In this document: positions 1 through 12,928 of the stretch, piece by piece | How positions within the stretch are numbered: position 1 is the first letter of the stretch | Layout: each line of letters begins with the position of its first letter | Origin: Lytechinus pictus | Taxonomy: Eukaryota | Direction of reading: 5' to 3' | Length of the DNA: 60,976 nucleotides | Assembly: GCF_037042905.1 (NCBI RefSeq) | Contig: NC_087252.1 | Coordinates: 4,340,001-4,400,976, forward strand | The notes under the pieces: generated by a model | Seen by the model: only the letters and a program-made list of their open reading frames with translations | What the model was told of the DNA's origin: nothing | The model's database searches: none | Program-made: the position numbers and the translations under genes

Positions 1-1540
1 GGATGATCACTCTGGAACCCCAGAGGATTATGTAATCTTCTATTGACAACTCGTCCTTCTTACTTGAGAAGGGCTTCAGTTCATCTGGCAGATTTCTTGT
101 TGCTGGCCATCCATTCAGGATATGATGCTTTACTTTGGGCAATACTCTGTCTTTCTTGGTGGCACGTTTCACCTCATGTGCATCAACAGGGCGTATTTCA
201 AGGTCAGTCAGCATGTTGATTCGGGGCATTGGTGCTTCATCTAGCTCTGCGAGTTCTGGATGATTCCATGAAGTGTCTTCTCCTTGGAGTGGTAGGCGAG
301 ACAACGCATCTGCGTTTTGGTGCTTCTTTCCTTCACGATGTACTATCCTGTAGCTGTATGCCGACAAGATCATGTGCCATCTTGCAACACGAGCTGAGGC
401 CATCGTGCTCGCTGGTTTGTGGTCTCCAAAGAGTCCCATCAATGGCTTGTGGTCTGTCACAATCGTAAATGACCTTCCATGAAGTTGCTTGTGGAATTTC
501 TTCAGTCCGAAGATTATCGACAGACTCTCTTTCTCATGCTGTGCATAGTTGACTTCACTTGGTTTGAGGGTGCGTGAAGCAAATGCTATAGGGTGTTCGT
601 GTCCGTCCGATTCCACATGGCTTATCACCGCACCTAATCCATATGGGCTGGCATCTGTCTGTAGCAGAATAGGTTTGGCTGGATCATAATGCGTCAGGAT
701 GCTGTCAGTCTGTAGGAGACGCTTTGATTTCTGGAATGCTTTTTCTGCTTCTGTCCTCACTTGAACTTAGGGTCAGGCTGGCTGCTTCTCTTTCCACTGG
801 AGTTTGATCTGAATTCTGCTTTCAGCATTTCAGTCAAGTGTACGATCTCCTGGGATAGATTGGGTATAAACTTGCGGTAATATCCAAGTAAACCAAGATA
901 AGCCTGGAGTTGGCTTTGATTCACTGGGCGTTCTGCCTGGCGTATGGCATCAAGTTTGTCTTGAAGAGGCCGGAGACCTTTCATGTCAAGGCGATGACCA
1001 AGGTAGTCAACTGAGTCTTTCATCAGTTCGCACTTCTCCTTCTTCAAGCGTAAATCATTGCTTTCTAGTCTTGAAAGAACCGCTTCCAGATTTCTCAGAT
1101 GATCTTCATCAGTCTTGCCACTGATAATTATGTCATAAAGATATGGCTTGCACATAGGGATGTCTGCCAAGAGGCTCTCCATAGTCCTCTGAAACATAGC
1201 TGGAGCGCTAGCTATCCCAAAAGGTAGTCTTGTATACTCAAAGAGTCCTCTATGTGTGTTGATTGTTGTGTACTTGCGGGCTTCCAGATCTATTTCTATC
1301 TGATGATAGGCGTGGCTTAAATATAGCTTGGTGAATTTTTTTCCACCTTCAAGTTCCTGTAGGAGGTCTTCCAGAGTCGGCAGGGGGTACTGTTCTACCT
1401 TTAGGACTTTGTTTGCAGTTAGCTTGTAATTACCACAGATTCTCATTCGTCCATCTGGCTTAGGGACTGCAATGATTGGGCATGCAAAATCTGCGGTCTT
1501 CACTGGCTTGATGATGCCGTCCTCCAACAAGCTATCTAAT
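1..1540 (-). pseudogene. Gypsy A pol fragment: reverse transcriptase (757-1530), RNase H and start of the integrase region
   Basis: RT motifs PIIAVPKPDG, RLPFGIASAP, YLGH. Both catalytic Asp positions are mutated to Tyr (KLYLSHAY, YLYD instead of YLDD). After a frameshift near 757, RNase H reads LLQTDASPYGLGAVISH...FASRTL...TDHKPL...ADALSRLP. Confidence 0.9.
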
Positions 1541-2744
1541 TTTATTTATTTTTATTTATTGATATATTCATATTCCACAATCATCAAAGTACATTTCGTA
1601 ATCAATCATTTTTACAATGAAAACATGCATAAAACATGCAGGATTGAAACATAGCAATGAAATGAAAAAAAATGGAGGGGCCTACTAAAAAGCAAAGCTT
1701 GTAAGATGTAGACCCCCTATCAAAATTTTATACAAGGGTAATATGATATAAGAAGAGTAAAATGATCAGCAAAATTATGTAAAATTATATAGATATAAAC
1801 ACTGTAACACAAATGTATATACACTATATACAAAATTAAATATTGACTTTAAAATAATCAATACAACCGTGGATAAGTATGAAGTTCACAAAATGTTTGA
1901 TTGAATCAATAAGAATTCAGAAGAAATTTTTTGATGAGTAATTTAAATCAGTTCAGATTAGCTGCCTCTTTTATTACTCTGTCCAGAGAATTCCAGAGTT
2001 TTGGTCCTGTGAAAAATACAGTTTTGCTAGAAAATAATGTTCTACTTTTAGGTAAGTGATAGTCATTTAGTTGTCTCGTATTATATGAATGTAAAGTATT
2101 GTTTATCATAAATTCATTTTGTAGGACATTAGGTACACTATTTATATCTAGCTGATACATGAATTGGAATAGTTGCAAGCGGTACAGGTCGACTTTAAGG
2201 ATACGTTTCTGACGAAACAATTAATCCGTATGAGCTCTAAAGGACATATTGCATATTATTCTCAGTACTTTTTTCTGAAGTAGCAAGACTTTATTGAGTC
2301 TCGTTACATACAGGAAGAATTGTAAGAGTAATTACATTCATTTATTTAGTTATTTCCTCTTTAAGAATATTTTGGAATGATTAAGAATGTTCCAGAAGGC
2401 TCTATAGCAGGGATTCTCAAATGGTGGCGCGCGCGCCATTTGTGGCGCACCGAGCCTTTCGGAGTGGCGCGTGGGAGCCGGTATAGAAAAAGAAAAAGCA
2501 TTAGAAAATAAAAATTTGATCTACTATTAATCTGGAATTGAGGTTTGATCATTTAATTACAAAGGGAAAATAAAAACTCAGCTCTTTTTGAAATCTAAAT
2601 GCTATTTGATTTCCTCTGATTTGTGTAATCTAACATTCGATAACCCCTATTATGGAGGATCTATTTAATGTATTCATTTACGATTGGTACAAAGAGTCAA
2701 AGACTAAGTACATAATATGTAAACATAGATTTGTGAACAGTGAT

Positions 2745-2980
2745 TTTAATAATAACAATAATCATAATTACGTTTTATTTACTCAGGGTAGCCATTTCGG
2801 TTAGGGCCCTGCATTTCCATGTATGTTATTACTACCCTTCTCCAATCTAAATGCTGAGCGCCAAGCAAGAAGGCAGAAGGTTCCATTCTTATATATATGT
2901 TTTTTGTATGGCTCTGTTGGGGATCGAACCCACGGCCTCCCGTTCATGAGGCTAACGCTCTACCACTAATCAACATACCC
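2745..2980 (-). mobile_element. tRNA-derived SINE (degenerate)
   Basis: Minus strand reads AGTGGTAGAGCG...GGTTCGATCCCC (A- and B-box-like, 2919-2967), followed by a CTTGCTTGGCGCTCAGCATT core and an AAT-type tail near 2748-2770. Confidence 0.65.
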
Positions 2981-3163
2981 GGTTTGCTTTTCAAACACGA
3001 CCCTCATCAAGAAGAAAATTTAATACAGAAACATAATAATTAACACTAATTTGAGCAAGTTCACTTATCATTTGTTTTAAATAAATTGTGTAGTATGTTG
3101 GTATTTTTATATCTTCTGTTGATTGAGAACCCCTGTCGGTCATTTAAAAGGCTTTCTACTTAA

Positions 3164-3760
3164 AGGACACGTCCACCCCAACAAAAATTTGATGTGAATA
3201 AAAAGGGGAAAATCCAACAAGCATAACACAGAAAAATTTCATCAAAATCGGATGTAAAACAAGAAAGTTATGACACTTTAAAGTTTTGCTTAATTTCAGA
3301 AATCAGTAGTTATATGCACATCCTGGTGGGTATGCAAATGAGGAGACTGATGACGACATCCACTCACTATTTCTTTTGTATTTAATTATATGAAATAGAG
3401 AATATTCTAATTTTCGCCTCATTGTCAAGCGAGACAACGATTAATTCCTCCCTGAACATGTGGAATGAGCATTGTTTCATACTATATGATTCAGTCAAGT
3501 CGGTCCTTATTGTCAAATCTATAAAAAATGAGAATATTGTATAATTCAAACAATAAAAAAACAAAAGAAATAGTGAGTGAGGGACATCATCGAATGTCTC
3601 ATTTGAGTTGTGCATATCACTGTTTTGTGAAAAATAAGCAAAAATTTAAATTGTTATAACTTTCTTATTTTACATCCAATTGTTATGAAATTTTCAGCGT
3701 TTTGCTAGTTTGATTTTTCTCTATTTATTCAAATCAAAATTTTTCTGGAATACTTGACCT
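3164..3760. mobile_element. TTAA-flanked non-autonomous DNA element (Kolobok-like MITE)
   Basis: TTAA|AGGACAC...TTGACCT|TTAA (TTAA at 3160-3163 and 3761-3764). A related copy ends at 56960 and a fragment lies near 45200-45440. Confidence 0.7.
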
Positions 3761-4729
3761 TTAAGCTCTTCAGGTGATCCTGCATCCCCCCAATACCACA
3801 ATATTTCGCTCGTCGCGTGTTGGATAGCGGAGCAGTCCAGATTCTCAAAAAGAAATTTGGCGCTTCAACAAAATTAATTGAGAATGGCTGCTCTATAGTA
3901 TAGCTGTGTTACACATGAGTAATCTTTGAATACTCTTTGTTATTTTTTAATAGAGACTGCCAAACAATAGGCTTAGCTATTTTGTTGACACTGTTGAGTT
4001 CAATGAGACTGCTCCTAAAAGGAGAATGCTTTTTATAGAAAATACTAGAACCTTCTATAATAGACAATAATAGAAGCCTCTAGAATAGTGAATGTTCTAG
4101 AATAGTTGAAATGGGTATATCGAAGCTGCAGTTTCTTCATGAACATCATCACATCATATGAGATCACTTGATCATATCAGATCACTTCATCATATCAGAT
4201 CAGAACTCAGAGTTTCATGCCAGACTTTATGTCAGAGCAGAGTTTATTTTCACCTGGAATATTGATCTTCTGTGGAATTATTTACCCGCCATCAATGAAC
4301 TGTTTGCTGTTATTTTGAGAGAGGAATTCTCAGTTCTCATCGAGATCATCAACATCATCAACCTGTTCAATGAACGCTTTTCAACCCATGGATTGCTGAA
4401 TTTGACTGTTAATCATCATCAACATCGTCTTCACGGACATTTTAACTCGTTACAGTGACTCTTGTTATTCATCGTGCTTCAACATCAGTTTCATCGTCGC
4501 CATCTTTGTAAACAGAGTTTTCGCCAGCCAACTGGGATACTATCATTTGGATCATAAATTTGGAATAACACCAGAACTGATTTCAAGAGACGTAAGATTA
4601 TGATTATTACGTTATGATTTGTTTGTATATATGGTGAATTAATTTCCTGTAATAAAAAAAAAGGAAATTCAACTTCAACACTCAATAATATTTCATTGTT
4701 ATTTGTTGCAGTATCGTAACAAATAATTT

Positions 4730-4746
4730 TGGGGGCTTGTCCGGGA
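4730..4746 (+). other. Primer-binding site complementary to the tRNA-Pro 3' end
   Basis: TGGGGGCTTGTCCGGGA, 8 nt after the LTR end; the canonical tRNA-Pro PBS is TGGGGGCTCGTCCGGGAT. Confidence 0.85.
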
Positions 4747-4854
4747 ATCGAAAGCCAATTTGTACAGAAAGCCAATTTGAAATCGAACCCCAATTTGGAA
4801 ACTAAAATCAGTTTTCCGAGACGAAAGTTAATTTGAAACAAGAGCCAATTTGAA

Positions 4855-7800
4855 TTGAAAACATTTTGGAAATTTTTGGAAAGTTCTAGAACATACTGTA
4901 CTGTGTTATTACTTGCTTGTATTTCTGGTTTAAAGAAGGCAGAGATAATTGACTTGTTAGCTAGTCACATGAAGCTTACAGAGGAGTCTGAAACTTCTGT
5001 TATTGTTTCAGATGATGCTCAGATTCAACTTGCAAAATATAAAATGGAAATGAAAATGAGAGAAAACCTTAAAATGGAGAAAATGAGATTGGAGTACCAG
5101 TTGAAGTTGAAAGAAATGGAGTTAGCTCATGCAAATACTAACTCTGTAAAAGATAAATCTCCCCAAGGTTTTGATGTGGCGAAAAACATTCGCCTTGTGC
5201 CAAAATTTGATGAAGAGGGAGTTGATACATATTTTGTGTCATTTGAAAAAGTGGCCAAGAGACTGAATTGGCCCGAGGAATACCGGACTCTTCTCCTCCA
5301 AAGTGTTTTTGTTGGAAAGGCTGCAAAAGTATATTCTTCGCTCTCTGAAATGCAATCATGTGACTATGCTACAGTGAAAGAAACAATTCTCAATGCATAT
5401 GAGTTTGTACCAGAAGCGTACAGAAATAAATTTAGGAACATGCAAAGACAATCAGGCCAGACTTATGTTGAATTTGCTAGGGAACAAGAAATGATGTTCG
5501 ATAAGTGGTATAGATCACTGAAAGTTGACAAAGATTTTGTTCACCTTAGGGAAGTTGTCCTCCTAGAAGAATTCAAAAAGAGTGTTCCTTTTGGCATTAA
5601 ATCTCACTTAGATGACCACAGAGTTACTGAAGTCAGTAAAGCAGCCATAGTAGCTGATGAATTTGAGGTCACACATAAAGGTAGTAGAGATAGGCCTCCT
5701 TTGACGAATTATTGGAAAAAGAAAGGTAAAGGGTCATTTGAATCCCACAATAAACCTAGTGAGGGAAAATATGCTAGCACGGACAAAGACACTAACAAGA
5801 ATCAGGCTAGTGGGGGCACAGAATCAACCAAAAGGTTTGAGAGTCGTAGTTCCAAAATTTGTACTCATTGTCATAAATCGGGACATTTGAAAGAATCATG
5901 TTGGAAATTGGTTGGAATGCCAACCAAAGTTAAGAAAGACATGGGTTTTGTCAAGCAAACAAGTGTTCCCTCGATGGAGTTTGTCCCATCTGAGCCCAAT
6001 CGAGATGTTGAGAGTGTTTCTCTGGTATTTGCTGATAAAGTCAAGCAGGTTGATGAAACCTTTAGAAGCTTTTTGTATGATGGTGAGGTATCCCCTTGTT
6101 CGACTGGTGCTGCTGGTAGGTCAGTGGTGATCCTTAGGGATACAGGGGCCGCACAGTCCCTGATGGTGCCAGGGGATTCGGCTCTTCCTCCGGAGAGTTC
6201 AGAGAATGCCAAAGTCTTAATTCAAGGTATTGGCCCAAATTTTATGTCGGTTCCTTTGCATAAGGTCGACTTAAGGTGTGACGTAGTTAATGGTCCTGTG
6301 ACTGTTGGTGTCGTTCCAGAATTACCCATGGAAGGTGTTGATTTCTTGTTAGGTAACGACTTGGCTGGAGATAGAGTTGTTGCATCTCCAGTGGTTTCGG
6401 AGAAGCCCGTTGAGGTAGCTGAAACTGAATTGTTGCAGGAAGATTTTCCAGGGATTTTCCCGGATTGTGTTGTTACTAGGTCTCAGACTCGTAGAGCTGA
6501 AAAGGATGATGCGGAATCTGCTGATGTAGAGGAGAGTACTGATGTCTGGTTAGCTGAAACCTTTTTCAAGGATTTGAATGGGGATAGTGTTGAAGGCTCT
6601 GTTGCTAACAATGATAGTTTGTTTAGTAAATCCTCCCTTGTACAGGCACAACAGGCAGACCCAGAATTAAAAAGCTTGTCACAGAAAGCATGTTCTGAGG
6701 CTGAGGCTGATAAGGTTCCTGGGTGCTTTTATGTCAAAGATGACATTTTGATGAGGAAGTGGAGACCTCCCCGGAGACCAGCTGATGAAGATTGGTTTAT
6801 AATTCACCAGGTAGTAGTTCCTCCCTGTTACCGCACATATATTCTGAAAATGGCTCATGATTTACCTATGGCAGGTCATGTCGGTATTCGGAAGACAGAA
6901 GATAGAATTATGAGGCATTTCTATTGGCCTAAGATGCACAAAGATGTTGTGCATTTTTATAAGACATGTCACACATGTCAGATTATTGGCAAGGCACAGC
7001 CTTCTATCAAGCCTGCTCCATTGATACCCATTCCTGCATTTGATGAACCTTTTACTAGGGTTCTTGTTGATTGTGTTGGACCGTTACCCAGAATGAGGTC
7101 GGGTCACAGATTTCTCCTGACGATTATGGACTTGTCTACACGTTTTCCAGAGGCGATACCTTTGAGAAGTATCACTGCAAAGGCAGTGGTACAAGCGTTA
7201 CTGCAGTTTTTCACTCGGTATGGTCTGCCTAAGGAAATTCAGTCTGATCAAGGGTCAAATTTCATGTCAGGAATATTTCAGCAAGTTATGAAGGAGTTGG
7301 GAATAAAGCAGATCAAGTCCTCTGCTTGTCACCCACAGTCCCAAAGAGCGTTAGAACGCTATCATCAGACCTTGAAGACTATGATTAGGGCTTATTGTGA
7401 AGACTATCCCGATGACTGGGATAAAGGGATCTCATTCCTACTGTTTGCAACTAGGGATTCCCCTAATGAGTCCACGGGTTTCAGTCCATTTGAATTGGTC
7501 TATGGTCATGAGGTTAGGGGTCCCTAAAGCTTATCAAAGAGAGGTTTATGGTTCAGGATGATGATGTAAACCTTCTAGACTATGTGTCAAAGTTTAGAGA
7601 AATGCTCTCAAAAGCTTGTGATGTGGCTAAGGAACACTTGAAAGTGTCGCAGGGAAAAATGAAAGCTCACGCTGACAAAAATGCAAAAGAGCGAAGTTTT
7701 AAGCCTGGAGACAAAGTGTTAGTGTTGTTGCCTTTGCAATGTGAGCCCTTGAAAGCTAGGTTTAGTGGTCCCTACATAGTCAAAAAGAAATTGAATGATG

Positions 7801-9606
7801 TCAACTATGTCATCAGTACCCCTGATCGAAGAAAGTCTCAAAGAGTTTGTCATGTAAACATGTTGAAAGAATATTTTGAGCGAGAGGCTAGTCAGCCAAT
7901 AGGTATGACACAGGTTAAAGAAGACAAGAAACATGTAGATGTACATGAAGAAGAATGCTATGGAAAGACAGATAATGAATTGTCTTATACAGATGTATCT
8001 AAGAATGAACCATGTGGTGTAAAGTTGTCTAACTCAGAGATGTTAGGAAATATGGATGAGGCATTAAAACACCTGCCTGAAGATCAGAGAAATGATATAT
8101 CTGGCCTGTTAAGAGAATATGAAAATGTGTGTAAAGACAAACCAGGTCGTACACCTTTAACTGTACATGATGTAGACGTAGGTGATGTAAGACCTATCAA
8201 ACAGAATCCTTAGAGGCTCAATCCAAGCAAGTTGGAAATGGTGAATAAGGAAATACAGTTTATGTTAGATAATGACATAATCGAACCGAATCAGAGTAGT
8301 TGGAGTTCTCCTATTGTAATGGTTCCAAAGCCAGACGGCTCTCAGAGATTTTGCATTGATTACCGAAAGGTAAATGCAGTAACTAAGACTGACTCGTATC
8401 CAATTCCTAGGTTAGAAGATTGTATTGATAGGGTTGGAAATTCTGCCTATATCACAAAGATAGACTTGCTTAAAGGATATTGGCAAGTGCCACTGACTGA
8501 CCGGGCCAAAGAGATATCAGCCTTTGTTACACCTGAAGGCTTATTTCAATGCAAAGTCATGCCTTTTGGAATGAAAAATGCACCAGCAACCTTCCAAAGG
8601 TTAACAAATCAAGTAATTGCCGGACTTGACAATTGTGTCGTATATATAGACGACATCCTAGTGTACAGTGATACATGGAATGATCATCTGGATCATTTGA
8701 GAGCACTGTTTGACAGGCTGGATAAAGCCAATCTAGTAGTGAATCTGATGAAGAGTGAATTTTCCAAGGCAAAGGTCACATATCTTGGTCATGTGGTTGG
8801 TCAAGGGCAAGTGCTACCAAGAGAAGCCAAGATACAAGCTATCTTAGACTTCCCAATTCCCACAACTAAGAAAGAATTGCTCAGAGTCTTAGGTATGAGT
8901 GGCTTCTACAGGAAATTTGTTCCAAATTACAATACAGTGGTTAGCCCTCTGACAAACCTGCTGTAGGCAAAAGTGAAGTATGTTTGGTCTGACAAATGTC
9001 AGAGATCATTTGAGAAATTAAAGGCCATTTTGGTGAATGGGCCAGTTTTGGCTGCTCCAAACTTCACAAAGCCATTCAAAGTAGCAATTGATGCATCTGA
9101 TGTTGGAGTAGGAGCAGTATTGCTCCAAGAAGATGAAGAAGGCATCGAAAAACCAGTGTGCTACTTCTCTAAGAAACTCAATCGGTTTCAGAAGAAGTAC
9201 TCAACTATTGAAAAAGAGGCCCTGAGTCTCGTACTAGCCCTTCAGCAGTTTGAGGTATATCTAACCAATGGAGAGATTACAGTCTATACAGACCACAATC
9301 CTCTTGTGTTTTTGGAGAAATTCAAAACAAAGAATCAAAGACTGTATATATGGAGCCTAATACCTTGGTCACATTTGCTCTACGGCGGCCGTACGGCGAG
9401 TCGAAAACAGCCGTTTTAACATTTTCTTGTACCAACTACATACAGGTGGTTTAAATTAAAATTAATAAAACGGCTGTTTTCGACTCGCCGTACGGCCGCC
9501 GTAGAGCAAATGTGACCAAGGTATTATGCTCCAACCATTCCCTTTGAAAATTATACACATAAAGGGAAAGAATAATGTAATTGCTGATGCTCTTTCAAGA
9601 GTATAA
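4855..9606 (+). pseudogene. Gypsy B gag-pol polyprotein (capsid/SCAN-like, CCHC knuckle, protease, integrase, RT, RNase H), disrupted
   Basis: CTHCHKSGHLKESC; ILRDTGA; integrase H..H..CHTC zinc finger plus VDCVGP/SDQGSNF/ERYHQ core and GPY; RT YIDD; RNase H DASDVGVG; ends ADALSRV* at 9606. Lesions: frameshift near 7525, stops at 8211-8213 and 8964-8966, MITE at 9361-9523. Confidence 0.93.
9361..9523. mobile_element. PIF/Harbinger-like MITE with ~58-bp perfect TIRs
   Basis: TACCTTGGTCACATTTGCTCTACGGCGGCCGTACGGCGAGTCGAAAACAGCCGTTTTA and its reverse complement, with TAA/TTA 3-bp flanks. Removing it restores the RNase H frame WSLMLQPFPLKIIHIKG. Confidence 0.85.
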
Positions 9607-9817
9607 AAAGTGAAAATATTCATGCTTTTGACCAAGTGTGTCATTTGAAGAAAGAGTATTTGATGTTCATTTATTTAAACATGTTTGTGTAGTACACATT
9701 TGTACACGATAACTGTAAACAATTTATCAAGATGACTTAGAAAAGTAAAAGGAAAAAAAAGGTAATCTTAAAGAAACCTTAACTACGATAAAGCTTTCTT
9801 TTCCCCAGTGGGGGAGG

Positions 9818-10748
9818 TGTTACATATAGGAAGAATTGTAAGAGTATATTACATTCATTTATTTAGTTATTTCCTCTTTAAGAATATTTTGGAATGATTA
9901 AGAATGTTCCCGAAGGCTCTATAGTATAGCTGTGTTACACATGAGTAATCTTTGAATACTCTTTGTAATTTTTGAATAGAGACTGCCAAACAATAGGCTT
10001 AGCTATTTTGTTGACACTGTTGAGTTCAATGAGACTGCTCCTAAAAGGAGAATGCTTTTTATAGAAAATACTAGAACCTTCTATAATAGACAATAATAGA
10101 AGCCTCTAGAATAGTGAATGTTCTAGAAAAGATGAAATGGGTATATAAAAGCGGCAGTTTCTTCACGAACATCATCACATCATATGAGATCACTTGATCA
10201 TATCAGATCACTTCATCATATCAGATCAGAACGCAAAGTTTCATGCCAGACTTTATGTCAGAGCAGAGTTTATTTCCATCTGGAATATTGATCTTCTGTG
10301 GAATTATTTACCCGCCATCAATGAACTGTTTGCTGTTATTTTGAGAGAGGAATTCTCAGTTCTCATCGAGATCATCAACATCATCAACCTGTTCAATGAA
10401 CGCTTTTCAACCCATGGATTGCTGAATTTGACTGTTAATCATCATCAACATCGTCTTCACGGACATTTTAACTCGTTACAGTGACTCTTGTTATTCATCG
10501 TGCTTCAACATCAGTTTCATCGTCGCCATCTTTGTAAACAGAGTTTTCGCCAGCCCAACTGGGATACTATCATTTGGATCATAAATTTGGAATAACACCA
10601 GAACTGATTTCAAGAGACGTAAGATTATGATTATTACGTTATGATTTGTTTGTATATATGGTAAATTAATTTCCTGTAATAAAAAAAAAGGAAATTCAAC
10701 TTCAACACTCAATAATATTTCATTGTTATTTGTTGCAGTATCGTAACA
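9818..10748 (+). repeat. 3' LTR of Gypsy B
   Basis: TGTTACA...TCGTAACA, immediately after the polypurine tract. Confidence 0.95.
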
Positions 10749-11999
10749 ATAGTCATTTAGTTGTCTCGTATTATATGAATGTAAAGTATTGTTTCTCATA
10801 AATTTAGTTTGTAGGACATTAGGTACACTATTTCTATCTAGCTGATACATGAATTGGAATAGTTGCAAGCGGTACAGGTCATTGACTTTAAGGATACGTT
10901 TCTGACGAAACAATTAATTCATCCGTATGAGCTCTAAAGGACATATTGCATATTATTCTCAGTACTTTTTTTCTGAAGTAGCAAGACTTTATTGAGTCTC
11001 GTTTGAGAGGCATTACCCCATGCCAGAATTCCATAATTAAGATATGGTAGAATTAATGCACAGTACAACATGGATAGCGCCTGTGCTGGAAGAACGTTTT
11101 TAAGCTTATTGATGACTCCAATATTTCTTGCCACAGTTTTGCAAATATTGTTGATATGAGCATTCCACGTAAGCTTGTTATCAATAGTAAGACCTAAGAA
11201 TGTTGTTGTTTGCACTTCTTTGATTTCAGTATTATCTAAAAGTATTTGATGCGATAGATGTTTCAATGAATGACTAAGAAGCATATAATTAGTTTTTTGC
11301 AGATTCAATGACAGTTTGTTTGCTTTTATAATCCAGTTTGTTACTTTTTTAAATTCTGCATTCATAGTGCTCACAAGTACATGTGGATCATGATGTGTAT
11401 AGAAAATATTGGAATCATCAGCAAAGAGAACAAATGAGAGAACATGAGATGAATTTTTCATATCATTAACATAAAATACAAATAGCAAAGGGCCAAGAAT
11501 ACTACCTTGTGGAATTCCACAGGAAACTGGCCTTGTTGAAGATTCTGATTCATTTACTGTGACAAACTGAATTCTATCAGTAAGATAACTCTTAAACCAT
11601 TGTAAAGCTGTCCCTCTGATACCGTAATTTGATAGCTTACATAATAGTATTTCATGATCTATTGTATCAAACGCTTTTGAGAAGTCGAGGAATAACCCTA
11701 CGGTATGATCAGAATCGTCAAAAGAAGTAGATATTTTATTTATTAATGTAAATATAGCATGAGTTGTATTATGTTTTTCTCTAAAACCGAATTGATTATC
11801 ACATATAATACTCTATTTCTTAAGGAAAGCAACTGTCCTTTTATAGATTATCCTTTCAAGAATTTTTGAAAAGGAAGTTAACAAAGATATTGGGCGGTAA
11901 TTACTAGTAATTAATTGGTCTCCCTTCTTGAAAATGGGTATAACTTTAGCTATTTTCATCTTCTTAGGGACCTGGCCAAGCTGCAATGATAAATTAAAT

Positions 12000-12897
12000 A
12001 CAAGTGGAATGCCTCTGGCCGTCTCACCTGCATCACGCGATTCAATATAGCAGCAGTGCTGATTTTGAAAACTACTACATGTATAACTCGCACAAGATGT
12101 TCAGTGATACTTGGTTACTCTTATTTCCACGTTTTATGAACTAGACCAATACACTTATAGAGATATGATGGCAATTCAACAAATACCCCCAACGTGGCCA
12201 AAGTTCTTTGACCTTACATGACCTTTGACCTTGATCATGTGACCTGAAACTCGCACAGGATGTTCAGTGATACTTGATTACTATTATGTCCAAGTTTTAT
12301 GAACTAGACCAACACACTTTCAAATTTATGGCTGTAATTCAACAAATACCCCAATTTGGCCAAAGTTCATTGACCCTAAATGACCTTTGACCTTGATCAT
12401 GTGACCTGAAACTTGCACAGGATGTTCAGTAATACTTGATTACTATTATGTCCAAGTTTCATGAATCAGATCCATAAACTTTCAAAGTTATGATGGTAAT
12501 TCAACAGATACCCCCAATTCGGCCAAAGTTCATTGACCCTAAATGACCTTTGACCTTGGTCATGTGACGTGAAACTCATGCAGGATGTTCAGTGATACTT
12601 GATTAACCTTATGTATAAGTTTCATGAACTAGGTCCATATATTTTCTAAGTTATGATGACATTTCAAAAACTTAACCTTAGGTTAAGATTTTGATGTTGA
12701 TTCCCCCAACATGGTCTAAGTTCATTGACCCTAAATGACCTTTGACCTTAGTCATGTGACATGAAACTCAGGCAGAATGTTCAGTAATACTTGATTAACC
12801 TTATGGCCAAGTTTCATGAACTAGGTCCATATACTTTCTAAGTTATGCTGTCATTTCAAAAACTTAACCTCAGGTTAAGATTTGGTGTTGACGCCGC

Positions 12898-12928
<31 letters not shown>

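Larger units (their letters stand above)
2408..3890. mobile_element. Non-autonomous hAT-like DNA transposon
   Basis: 8-bp TSD CTCTATAG (2400-2407 and 3891-3898; single copy at the equivalent site of the 3' LTR). Imperfect TIRs CAGGGATTCTCAA / TTGAGAATGGCTG. Confidence 0.85.
2302..4721 (+). repeat. 5' LTR of Gypsy B (interrupted by a hAT insertion at 2408-3890)
   Basis: 2302-2407 plus 3899-4721 match 9818-10748 with roughly 15-20 differences counted by eye. It begins CGTTACA rather than TGTTACA. Confidence 0.92.
2302..10748 (+). mobile_element. Full-length Gypsy LTR retrotransposon B, Gmr1-like (gag-PR-IN-RT-RH)
   Basis: Two ~930-bp LTRs ending TCGTAACA, a tRNA-Pro PBS, a polypurine tract GTGGGGGAGG at 9808-9817, and an internal polyprotein 4855-9606. 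Confidence 0.95.

Noticed and set aside
2919-2967. Possible tRNA gene (also ~33360-33410 and ~44385-44435)
   Set aside because: A/B boxes are present but there is no complete cloverleaf or acceptor stem, and SINE core/tail sequence follows. These are SINE heads.
4168-4458. 96-aa ORF duplicated at 10194-10484
   Set aside because: Both copies lie inside the two LTRs of Gypsy B, so the duplication reflects LTR identity. It has a non-ATG start and no recognisable motifs.
10491-10913. 140-aa ORF resembling 1948-2220 and 4491-4841
   Set aside because: A chimeric reading frame across the LINE/LTR junction, not a gene.
12091-12860. Regular repeat array as a possible CRISPR
   Set aside because: Whole units are homologous, with no unique spacers; it is a tandem repeat inside a Helentron-like element.
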